64,000 nucleotides of DNA from a bacterium (GTDB lineage Bacteria; Electryoneota; Electryoneia; Electryoneales; Electryoneaceae). Positions 46,675 to 55,682 of the stretch are shown in pieces. Where the stretch lies: the NCBI GenBank assembly GCA_043801585.1, contig JAZDLX010000115.1:66785-130784 (forward strand). The letters run 5' to 3'. The position numbers and the translations under genes are program-made. Below the pieces are notes generated by a model. That model made no database searches and was not told the DNA's origin. It saw only the letters and a list, made by a program, of their open reading frames with translations. Each line of letters opens with the position of its first letter. Positions within the stretch are counted from its first letter, which is position 1.

Positions 46675-48087
46675 ATGTCCACCACGTACAACAGTTCTCA
46701 ATTGCCAACGTCGCTTTCCGGCATCATGATGATGGCGCGGGACGCGCTGCTTGCCCAGCAGGCGGCGATGAACGTGCTCAGCCATAACGTGTCGAATGTC
46801 AATACGGAGGGATTCCATCGCCAGAGGGTCACGTTATCCACTCGAACACCGATGGAAGGATACGGAGGTCAGTGGGGGCAGGGTGTTGATATCCAGCAGG
46901 TGGAACGATCCTATCACTCGTTCATCACTCGCCAGGAACGCACAGAGGCGGGTACTCTCGGCCGTTGGGAAACAGAACGTGACCTGATGATGCGTGTGGA
47001 GGAATTGGTTGGAGGATTGAGCGATTACGGCATCGGTAACGCAATGACTCAATTCTGGAACTCGTGGGAAGATCTTGCGAACGATGCCGACAGCGTCACC
47101 GCCCGTTTGAACGTCATTGGGCGAGCCAACGATCTCGGCACGGCTTTCCACGACACCTACCTCGATCTGGACAATGTTCGTAAGGAAGTCAATGTTGAAA
47201 TGATGTCTCAGATTGATACGATCAACAACTATGCACAGCGCATTGCAGCGTTGAATGAACAGATTTACACCGTTACGGGCCGCAGCCAGAATCCAAACGA
47301 TCTGATGGACCAACGCGACCAGCTCGTCAAGGAACTCGGACAGATGGCGAATATCACAATCGAGGAAGAGAAGAATGGTTCGATGACGATCTACCTCGGC
47401 AATGAGACTCTTGTATTTCGCAACGAATACCGCACCCTCGACTGGAAAGTGGATACAACGGGTTCGACAGGACCGTCCGGTGGCAATGTCATCTGGTCCG
47501 ACGATCAGCGACAGGTTCAGTTGTATTCGGGAAAACTTTACGGATCACTGCAGGTGCGAGACTACACAACCGGTTTGCTCTCAAAACTGGACAATCTCGC
47601 CAACACCCTTCGGGACGAGGTCAATTCGATGCACAGTGACGGTATCGGACTGGATGGATCGACAGGAAACAATTTCTTCAATACAGATGTCCGCGGAGCT
47701 CTGAGTCTCCATGTCAATTCGGATCTGGCGAACAATCCCCAGAAAGTCTCGGTCTCGACAGTATCCGCCACCGGTGACAACTCACTGGCGCACTCCATCT
47801 TCAATCTGCAATTCGAAAATGCGTTCGACGAGGGACAGTCGAATTACAACGATTACTACCAGCAACTCGTCATCGATCTTGGCAACAGGATCGACAATGC
47901 AAACACTCGTGCGGATGCATCCGCAGCCTCCATGGAACAAACAGAATCCTGGCAGCAGCAGTATACAGGCGTCAACCTGGATGAGGAAATGGCCAACATG
48001 GTCACCGTCCAGTACGCCTTTACGGCCGCATCGAAAGTGACAACCGCAGTGGACGAAATGATCCAGACACTGCTTGCCGCGGTTTAA
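46675..48087 (+). CDS. flgK: Hook-associated protein 1 FlgK
   Basis: LSHNVSNVNTEGFHRQR, G.GV...V.R, PNDLMDQRDQL, GVNLDEEMANM..QYAF.AASKV. Confidence 0.97.
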   Translation: MSTTYNSSQLPTSLSGIMMMARDALLAQQAAMNVLSHNVSNVNTEGFHRQRVTLSTRTPMEGYGGQWGQGVDIQQVERSYHSFITRQERTEAGTLGRWETERDLMMRVEELVGGLSDYGIGNAMTQFWNSWEDLANDADSVTARLNVIGRANDLGTAFHDTYLDLDNVRKEVNVEMMSQIDTINNYAQRIAALNEQIYTVTGRSQNPNDLMDQRDQLVKELGQMANITIEEEKNGSMTIYLGNETLVFRNEYRTLDWKVDTTGSTGPSGGNVIWSDDQRQVQLYSGKLYGSLQVRDYTTGLLSKLDNLANTLRDEVNSMHSDGIGLDGSTGNNFFNTDVRGALSLHVNSDLANNPQKVSVSTVSATGDNSLAHSIFNLQFENAFDEGQSNYNDYYQQLVIDLGNRIDNANTRADASAASMEQTESWQQQYTGVNLDEEMANMVTVQYAFTAASKVTTAVDEMIQTLLAAV

Positions 48088-48103
48088 GAGTCGGAGTCAA
48101 GCC

Positions 48104-49120
48104 ATGCGCATCACAAACCAGATGAAAAGCAATCAGCTGCTGTCAGACCTGAACCGTCTGCAGAATGATGTTTTCACCTCACAGCGGGTTCTGACCACAG
48201 GCACCGAAATCAGCAAGCCCTCGGACAGTCCGGCGGATGCGAGACGAATCATGCTGCTTCAGAACTCGAGCTCCCGCCGCGAACAGTACATCCAGAACAT
48301 CTCCGACGGCGTCGCGCGAATGAGCTATGCGGAGATTCAAATGCAATATGCCCAGGACCTTCTCGTCGAAGCTCGGACCATTAGCCTGACAGCCTCAAAC
48401 GGTGCTACAACCGACAGCGACCGCGGTTCGATGGCAGAGCGAATCGATGGAATGATCTCCGAACTTCTCTCGATCGCAAACAGCCAGCATGAAGATCAAT
48501 ACATCTTCGGTGGATTCAACACACAGGATCCGCCCTACCAGGCCATTTTCGATTCTGTTACCGGTGATGTGATTGGTGTTCAGGATCAACCGCAGCATAT
48601 GGACGGCGAGATCTACCGAACGACCGCCGACGGCCAGCAGGTGCGCATCAACGTCCCCGGTAAAAGTGTGTTCATGACGGGGACGACCGGCGATTCCGGC
48701 GACATGTTCCAGATATTGATCGACCTGCGTGATGCCCTTCGTGACGGCATCGACAATGATACGCTTCAGCAACAACAGCTTGATCCTCTTGATCCCAATT
48801 TCGATCCATTGGCGAGTTGGTCACCCGCGGAGTATGACTCCCTGTCAACGATTCAGCAGGCATTGGAAAGGCTGGACACCGCCGCCGAGTCATCAAGAAA
48901 TGTGATCACTCGCATCGGCACTGATGTTCAACGTCTGCAATCGACAGAAAACCGACACGAGGATATCTCCGTTCAGGAAGAGGACCACCTTGGCCAAACC
49001 CAGGGAGCGGATCTAACCGAATGGATTTCAAAATTCCAGATGCAGACCCTCGCCTTGCAACAGGCGATACAGGTCGGTAACACAGTGCTTCAGTCGTCAT
49101 TCGTGAACTTTATTCAATAG
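48104..49120 (+). CDS. flgL: Hook-associated protein 3 FlgL
   Basis: MRITNQM, TGTEISKPSDSP, ANSQHEDQYIFGG, SFVNFI. Confidence 0.96.
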   Translation: MRITNQMKSNQLLSDLNRLQNDVFTSQRVLTTGTEISKPSDSPADARRIMLLQNSSSRREQYIQNISDGVARMSYAEIQMQYAQDLLVEARTISLTASNGATTDSDRGSMAERIDGMISELLSIANSQHEDQYIFGGFNTQDPPYQAIFDSVTGDVIGVQDQPQHMDGEIYRTTADGQQVRINVPGKSVFMTGTTGDSGDMFQILIDLRDALRDGIDNDTLQQQQLDPLDPNFDPLASWSPAEYDSLSTIQQALERLDTAAESSRNVITRIGTDVQRLQSTENRHEDISVQEEDHLGQTQGADLTEWISKFQMQTLALQQAIQVGNTVLQSSFVNFIQ

Positions 49121-49130
49121 GAGCAGGCGC

Positions 49131-52100
49131 ATGCCGGACAAGCGCGACCTGAACCGAGACGCCGCAGAATTCATCTCGCGATGTGAGGACCGCGGCTTCG
49201 CCATTGATCTTGGGGAAAGTGAGGGGGATGTTCTCGCCATCGCTCACTCGATCCCGACACTCGCAAGCATCGGCAGGAAAAGCCAGGCGATCGCGGGGGC
49301 ACGAGCGTTGATGCAGGCACGTGACGATCGGGGAGGATGGGATGATCCCCTGACCTCGGTGATCGCACTGGAAGCCTTCGTTGCGCTCAAGCTGAGAGCG
49401 ATGGATCTGCCCGACGGTCCTCAGGTCGTCGAGTACGCTGTCCGTTACCTGCGAGATACCCGTCCCCTCGACCTGCTCGAACATGAGCTGCGTCTGTCGA
49501 GAAGCCTTGTTCTCGCAGGACTCGCCCGACAGGATGCCGCGCTGATTGATGCCGGTCTGTTGAGGGCGAGGTCCGCGCTCGAAAACGATCCGGTTTGGGC
49601 TCGAGATCTTGACATCGCCCTCCATGGTCTCCTCGCTGTTGCGGATCTGGTGACAATCACCAGGGATGCCACCACGGAAGAGCTGATATCTCGGCTGCTC
49701 AGTGAACATCGACTCGACAGCATTGATCAGGAGTGGATCGATTTGCAGACGGTATCCACGCTTGCCCGGGCGGGGACCGTACTCGAAAAACTCGGCCGCA
49801 GTGATGCAGCAATGGAACTCTACGAGAAAGCCGTTGAAAAAGCCGAACCGTCGTCCCTCGACACAATCTCGTTGAAATTCAGAGTCGAGCTCGGCGTCCG
49901 CCTGTTTGGCGACCCTGAAATTGAAGACAATTCGGATCCTGAAGCCAAGTCTTTTACGTCAGTGGAGACAGGTGAAGCGGATGACTCTCCGGTAAATCCT
50001 GTCCGGTTTGACGAACTGCCAGCCGAATCCAACCCGAACGGTTCATCGGTCAGCGCCATTATCCTGCAGCAGGGATCGAGCGAATCCGTGATTCGAACTC
50101 TTGAGGATCTGATTGCTCAGACTGAGCTACCTGAGCAGATCGTGGTTCTCTGGAACACCGGATCGACCAGGGTCGTGTTGCCCGATGTGCCCACCGATCT
50201 GGCGGAAGTGTACGGTGGTTCCGGTTGGGACGAATCATTCTGGCAATTGGCGTACCACGCCGCTCGCGAGGAATGGGTATGGATGATTCCTTCCGGAGTC
50301 CGCATCCTGCCGGACACCCTGATGATGTTAAAACAGTCAAGAGGCCGCAAAGAAGCTCTGTACCTGGCGAAGAAAGAGGGCGATCTTGACAGGGCTTTTT
50401 CCCGTCTCGTCGCAGAACCTTCATTGTCGGTCGAGCGTTGCCTGCTTAAGCGAGACCTGTTGAATGGGATACGCTTCCCCCACACGGTGAAAAGTTTCTG
50501 GGACATCGCAGCCTCCGTGAAAGGGAGTGACGTCTGGCGAGAAATTCCTGAGAGCGGAGAGGTCGGGATTCAGTCCGGCGAGCAAAGGCTTGATGAACTC
50601 CAGGGAGTCATCAAGGGTCTTGCGGACCACTATCGGAAATTCCCCGTCGATGGACCGGAGGAACGAAAACTCCGCCGTGATACGTTCAACCAGTTGCGCG
50701 AGAATCTCTATCGGTCTTTCAAGGAACGTGAACATCCTCTGGTATCGGTGATTCTGGCAGGCTCCTCGTCTTCAGGTGACATGGAGAAGACGTTTGGCGC
50801 CCTTCTGCGCAATACCCAGGAGATTCCCTTCGAGGTGATTGCCGTTTTACAACCCGCATCTGACACCGTATTACGAAACGCGATGCTGGATGCCGGTGTG
50901 CTGATCGTGCCAGGCTCGGATACCCTCACGGCTGGTATCAACAAGGCGGCGACAAAGGCCAAAGGGTTTTACCTGGTGGTTCTCGAGGCGGGTGTGGAAC
51001 CGGAAGAGGGTTGGCTGCAGCCGCTGCTGTCGACCGTTTTTCAGGAAGCGAACGCGGGGATCGTGGGCGGTTTGGTCCAAAGCAACGCAATGAACATTCA
51101 ACACGCTGGCATTGCTTTCGACAACAATTCAAAAGCCGTTTACCTCCACAAAGGCGGACCTCTTGTTCTCAGCCACATTCACAAGCGACGCCCCTACCAG
51201 GCAGTCGCCGGAGGCATGGTTCTCGGTTCGAAAGCAGTCTGGAGCGAACTCCACGGACTTGACGATGGATTCGACGATTCCGTCGAGAACGCTGTCATCG
51301 ATTTCTGCCTGCGTGCACGGGAAAAGGGTGTTCGCGTGATCTATGAACCCAAGGCGAAAGCCACTCGGAACGTTCAGGAATCCATCACGTCCGTGGTGCA
51401 CCCTCATTTCGTCCGCAAATGGCGCGATCGCATCGTCCCGGACCTCGAACTGTACGCGCGGATGGACGGATACCGTGTTGTTTCCAGCAAACAGGGGGTC
51501 CGGCTGGTCCCGATTGGCCCCATGATCAAAGGAGATAAGGAGGCGACGATGGATACCTCCTCAGCTTCGTCAACGTCGCATGTGATCAAAATCGATGAAA
51601 CGGAGGTTGATCACAAGGAAAACGATCTGGCGTCATTGTTGACTCGGGCTGAGACGTTGATGAGCGATGGACGTTTTGATATCGCGGAAGAAACGTTGAT
51701 GCAAGGGCAACATCAGGTGAACGGAAATGTAAGTGCCAGGGTGATCTACTGGACGCTCCTCGGCGACAGCAAGTTCCGGTTGAACAAGACCGAGGATGCA
51801 TACAGCTGCTACAAGAAAGCCGTAAAAGATGACCCCAGCGCGGAACGTGCCTGGATCGGCATCGCGACCTACCATCTCGTTAAGGGGGAACTGGATAAGG
51901 CGGAAGACCTCTTCCGTCGGGTGATCGGTCTCAACGATGCGAGCACACGAGGCCACCTCGGCCTGGGAAACGTCTGCCTGCGTCGCGGCCAGCCCGCTGA
52001 TGCACTTCCGAATTTCATCGAAGCCTCCCGTCACGATCCTGGATACCGTCCGACCATCGTCGGTCTCGTTGCGGCGGCTGTCCAATCGGAGCAGATGCAG

Positions 52101-52304
52101 GAAGCGCTCTCTCCGCTTCAGCAGTACTTGCAGATCCATCCTGAGGACAATGAAGCCCGGTTCCATTACGCGGCAATCCTCTTCGGGAACCAGGACAACG
52201 AGCACGCAAAGCAAGAGGCGATGAGAGTGCTTCAGGTGAAACCCGATCACCAGGGAGCACGCCAGCTCCTCGACAACCTTTCCAGAAATCGGGATGCGTC
52301 CTGA
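49131..52304 (+). CDS. Large helical + tandem GT2-like + TPR protein
   Basis: VSAIIL and PLVSVIL GT-A starts, GINKAATKAKG.YLVVL, IQHAGI, DFCLRAREKG.RVIYEP; about 6 C-terminal TPRs. Confidence 0.82.
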   Translation: MPDKRDLNRDAAEFISRCEDRGFAIDLGESEGDVLAIAHSIPTLASIGRKSQAIAGARALMQARDDRGGWDDPLTSVIALEAFVALKLRAMDLPDGPQVVEYAVRYLRDTRPLDLLEHELRLSRSLVLAGLARQDAALIDAGLLRARSALENDPVWARDLDIALHGLLAVADLVTITRDATTEELISRLLSEHRLDSIDQEWIDLQTVSTLARAGTVLEKLGRSDAAMELYEKAVEKAEPSSLDTISLKFRVELGVRLFGDPEIEDNSDPEAKSFTSVETGEADDSPVNPVRFDELPAESNPNGSSVSAIILQQGSSESVIRTLEDLIAQTELPEQIVVLWNTGSTRVVLPDVPTDLAEVYGGSGWDESFWQLAYHAAREEWVWMIPSGVRILPDTLMMLKQSRGRKEALYLAKKEGDLDRAFSRLVAEPSLSVERCLLKRDLLNGIRFPHTVKSFWDIAASVKGSDVWREIPESGEVGIQSGEQRLDELQGVIKGLADHYRKFPVDGPEERKLRRDTFNQLRENLYRSFKEREHPLVSVILAGSSSSGDMEKTFGALLRNTQEIPFEVIAVLQPASDTVLRNAMLDAGVLIVPGSDTLTAGINKAATKAKGFYLVVLEAGVEPEEGWLQPLLSTVFQEANAGIVGGLVQSNAMNIQHAGIAFDNNSKAVYLHKGGPLVLSHIHKRRPYQAVAGGMVLGSKAVWSELHGLDDGFDDSVENAVIDFCLRAREKGVRVIYEPKAKATRNVQESITSVVHPHFVRKWRDRIVPDLELYARMDGYRVVSSKQGVRLVPIGPMIKGDKEATMDTSSASSTSHVIKIDETEVDHKENDLASLLTRAETLMSDGRFDIAEETLMQGQHQVNGNVSARVIYWTLLGDSKFRLNKTEDAYSCYKKAVKDDPSAERAWIGIATYHLVKGELDKAEDLFRRVIGLNDASTRGHLGLGNVCLRRGQPADALPNFIEASRHDPGYRPTIVGLVAAAVQSEQMQEALSPLQQYLQIHPEDNEARFHYAAILFGNQDNEHAKQEAMRVLQVKPDHQGARQLLDNLSRNRDAS

Positions 52305-52330
52305 CCGCCGTTGAGCGGGAGGGAGAACAG

Positions 52331-53773
52331 ATGACGAGAACCCGCGAGATTTGTCTCATCCAGCTCGCTCGATTTGGCGACCTGATCCAGACGTCACCGT
52401 TTCTTCAACTCCTTCGGGAGCAGGAGCCGGATGCGAGAATCTCGATGTTCACCGATTCGCGGGTGGTAGACGCCGGCCGGTTGCTGGATGGCGTGGATGA
52501 CGTGTTCGGAATCGATCTCGCGGGTGTACTGAAAAGATTAACCGGAAACCTCGTAACGGATTACAAAAATCTGAACGGTTGGGCGAAGACCTGGCAACAG
52601 AATCTCGTCTACGACCGTTTGATCCTTCTGAATCACGGGACGATCCCTGCGGCGATTTCCACCTTTTTCACCACCATTCTGCGGGAAGGGCCGATGCACG
52701 GCACGGCGTTTGACCGTCCGCATCGCTTCTTACAGGCTGTTCTGGCTGACAGGTGGTACAATCCGATCCATCTCAGTGAGATTTGGGCAGCTTACGCACC
52801 TCCAGGATTTCCTGTTCCGGTACCACGGTTAACCTCCAAAAAGTCCGGCACATCCTTTGCGTTTCTAACGACAGGAAGACTCACAAAAGGCAATAAAAAC
52901 AAGATATTTGCAGCTAATCTCGGGGCGGGTGCGGCAGGAAGGCGAATGTCTAAGGAAAACCTTGCCGATCTCGTTCGCTATCTGTTGAAAAACACCAATG
53001 GCCAGGTGGTGCTGGTTGGTCTGAAAGAGGATATGGACAAGGCTCTTCAGATCGTTCAGGCGATACCAGATAATGACAGGAATCGAATTATTGATCTATC
53101 TGGAAAAACGACACTTAGTGAGCTGGCAGAGGTGTTGAAAGCGGTCGATGTGCTGATCTCGACGGATACAGGCACATTGCAGCTTTCTTCGGCAACGGGA
53201 ACAAAGTCAGTCGGACTGTTCTTTTCAGGAACAAATCCTTTGGAATCAGGAGCATACAGTCCGAATGCAGTGGCTGTTGTCAGGCGTGACAGTCCGATTC
53301 CGGGTTTGCTGCCTTCGCGCGATGATATGATCCTCGCGGCAAAGATTGCGATTCACATGATTGAGAATCAATCCCTGGAGGATCTGGGCGATGAAAACGA
53401 TGCCTGTACTGTCCTGGTGGCCCGATCTGCGCCTGTGGGTGTCGAGTACTCCCCCTTGCGTCCAGGCAGGATGGAACCTGTGGGGAAGGGCCGACGATGG
53501 CTTCCTCTGCTCAGGCACCTCCTCTGGGGCGGAGAACAGGCCGGCGGCACCATCCAGGAGAACACGAACGCCTCAACGGACGTTTTCGACGATGACGATA
53601 TCCTCCGTCTGAAGAAACTGCTGGAGGAGATCATGCAGAACCAGGGAAAACAGCTCGATTCCTGGGATGAAGAAACCCGTTGGCTGGCTCACGTCATCGC
53701 GGCATTTCCAACTGAGACCGCACGATGGATTGCCAGCGGGACGGAGAAACATGCGGGGAGGATTTACGCATGA
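52331..53773 (+). CDS. GT9-family (heptosyltransferase-like) glycosyltransferase
   Basis: LIQLARFGDLIQT, DLSGKTTLSELAEVL, ISTDTGTLQLS. Confidence 0.88.
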   Translation: MTRTREICLIQLARFGDLIQTSPFLQLLREQEPDARISMFTDSRVVDAGRLLDGVDDVFGIDLAGVLKRLTGNLVTDYKNLNGWAKTWQQNLVYDRLILLNHGTIPAAISTFFTTILREGPMHGTAFDRPHRFLQAVLADRWYNPIHLSEIWAAYAPPGFPVPVPRLTSKKSGTSFAFLTTGRLTKGNKNKIFAANLGAGAAGRRMSKENLADLVRYLLKNTNGQVVLVGLKEDMDKALQIVQAIPDNDRNRIIDLSGKTTLSELAEVLKAVDVLISTDTGTLQLSSATGTKSVGLFFSGTNPLESGAYSPNAVAVVRRDSPIPGLLPSRDDMILAAKIAIHMIENQSLEDLGDENDACTVLVARSAPVGVEYSPLRPGRMEPVGKGRRWLPLLRHLLWGGEQAGGTIQENTNASTDVFDDDDILRLKKLLEEIMQNQGKQLDSWDEETRWLAHVIAAFPTETARWIASGTEKHAGRIYA

Positions 53774-54066
53774 GTATTGCGAACAGGGAAATGGCTTCAC
53801 CATTGACGGCTGACATCAAGCCAAACGGTGGGCTTCGACGTGTAACGACGACACCCTGGGCGGTGTTTGTCCACTCCTCCCCGATCTACGTGACGAGCGA
53901 TCTGCCGGTTCGTTATCGCCGGGGACGGCCGACATCTCATCGGAACGGGGCTCCCCACAGGCGGGGGATGAGGTTACCGGACGATTACCCGTACGCGAAC
54001 AGGCGCTGGAGCGAACGTCTTCGAGCGTTGCGCGCCGTTCGCCATGACGTTGGGGTATTCTCATGA
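53770..54066 (+). CDS. Small Arg/Pro-rich hypothetical protein (98 aa)
   Basis: ATGA overlaps with both flanking GT genes; GGGGAGG upstream; no recognisable domain. Confidence 0.45.
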   Translation: MSIANREMASPLTADIKPNGGLRRVTTTPWAVFVHSSPIYVTSDLPVRYRRGRPTSHRNGAPHRRGMRLPDDYPYANRRWSERLRALRAVRHDVGVFS

Positions 54067-55682
54067 AGCTTCTGCTGCTCAACGACACATTTTTCGGTTC
54101 GACGCTCGAACGTCGCGACATCCAGATTCTGCGTGTCGGTCCGGGCGCCGGAAACGACATCTGTTTCGATCCGGAACGTGACAATCTCCGCGAAGTGCTT
54201 TGTCAGGCTGGCTTCCGCCCCGATGTTGTCCTCCAGATTGACAGCATCGACCAACGTGTCTTTTTCAACGGCCTCGAGGACATCGACGCTCCGCGCGCGT
54301 TCTACGCCATCGACAGTCCGATCAACGAGTTCTGGCAGGCATCCTGGGCCCATCATTTTGACAGAATATGGGTAGATCAGAAAGCGACCTGCGACCGGAT
54401 GGTCAGCGAGGGAATCACCTGGGCGGAATGGCTGCCCCTCGCCGCAGATGAAACGATCTATCACCCTCCGGTCGACGATGCGGAACGGGATCTTGACGTC
54501 GTTTTCGTGGGGACAATCGATCCTGAACGCCGTCCGAAACGGTCGGCAATTCTTTTCCGTTTGAAACAGATTTCAGACCTGACGGTCATTGACGGCAAGG
54601 GTAAACGGTCCGTCCCCGCCGGCGAAGTCGCCGATGTCTACAGGCGTGCGAAGATTGTCCTCAACGAGCTTCTGTTCGACGGCGTCAATTTGCGGACTTT
54701 TGAAGCGATGGCCTGCGGCGCGATCGTTCTCACCGAAGAGGGAAGGGGCGAGGGAGATCTCTTTGCGGACCTGGATGTCATGCGGACGTTCAACTCACAC
54801 AACCTGGAATCCGTCGTTGCAAAACTGCTTTCCGATCCACGCGAGCAGGAGCGTCTTTCCAAGGATAGTGCAGAGGTAATCCGCGACAGCCATCTCGTTT
54901 CCCTTCGTGCGCGGCATGTTCTGAACCAGCTTGATGAACTGAAAAAGCGCAATGAACGCGACACTCTGTTCTCCGAAGTTCAATCGAAGTGGGGTGTCTG
55001 GCGTGCGGGGATGAAATGGGAAAAGGTTCGCCCCACGGCGATTGTCGCGCAAGAATTTCTCGCGGCACACCTGAACCAAATGACCCTTGCACAGAAGGTG
55101 GAATTGTTTGAGGCCACCGGGAACGGTCCCCAGGCGCTTGAGTTGCTGCTCGGACCGTTCAGGGAAAATTGTCTTGACGACGACATGATCCCCGTCCTCG
55201 CCGCACTCGCTTTGGTACAGGGAAAGATCGATCTCGCGGGGGACGTGCTCGGCGTGAGAAATGCATCAGCCTCCGACCTCCACGTCGCCATTGGCAACCG
55301 CCTGTACCATGATGGCAAGGATCTTACACCCGGATTCAACCGTGCCGCGGGACCAGTCAGCGCTTGGAGTGCGTTTGAACATTACCAGCGGGCGTTCACG
55401 CATGACGAAAATAACCTTGCTGCCCTCGAGGCGATGGATCGCATTCTCGAGATTCACCACAATTCCGAAATGATGCTTCCGCTTTGGCAAACCTGGCACG
55501 CCCGTCATCCCAGGGATCCGGAAGCGATCCGCCGCTTCATCAACCGGGCCAAAAGTGGTTACCTCAACCTGCAGGCGGATTCTCGCGAGGGGAGGAGTGC
55601 GGAGCGCCCTTTCTCCAGCAGCTCCGCGCGTTCAATCGACCGGACGCAATCCGATGGCCAGACAGCAAGGAACCGAACGTGA
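54063..55682 (+). CDS. CgeB/Glyco_trans_1_2-like glycosyltransferase with C-terminal helical/TPR region
   Basis: WLPLAAD, DVVFVG, YRRAKIVLN, NLRTFEAMACGAIVLT. Confidence 0.85.
   Translation: MKLLLLNDTFFGSTLERRDIQILRVGPGAGNDICFDPERDNLREVLCQAGFRPDVVLQIDSIDQRVFFNGLEDIDAPRAFYAIDSPINEFWQASWAHHFDRIWVDQKATCDRMVSEGITWAEWLPLAADETIYHPPVDDAERDLDVVFVGTIDPERRPKRSAILFRLKQISDLTVIDGKGKRSVPAGEVADVYRRAKIVLNELLFDGVNLRTFEAMACGAIVLTEEGRGEGDLFADLDVMRTFNSHNLESVVAKLLSDPREQERLSKDSAEVIRDSHLVSLRARHVLNQLDELKKRNERDTLFSEVQSKWGVWRAGMKWEKVRPTAIVAQEFLAAHLNQMTLAQKVELFEATGNGPQALELLLGPFRENCLDDDMIPVLAALALVQGKIDLAGDVLGVRNASASDLHVAIGNRLYHDGKDLTPGFNRAAGPVSAWSAFEHYQRAFTHDENNLAALEAMDRILEIHHNSEMMLPLWQTWHARHPRDPEAIRRFINRAKSGYLNLQADSREGRSAERPFSSSSARSIDRTQSDGQTARNRT

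Noticed and set aside
48765..48810. Short repeat in flgL (QQQQ-LDP-LDP-NFDP)
   Set aside because: Only 2-3 degenerate 9-bp in-frame units; a loop insertion, not a contingency locus or array
52820..53300. Locally AT-richer patch within the first GT9 gene (similar patches near 29850-30050 and 38870-39050)
   Set aside because: ORFs are continuous, with no flanking repeats or mobility genes; not quantified and insufficient to claim horizontal transfer
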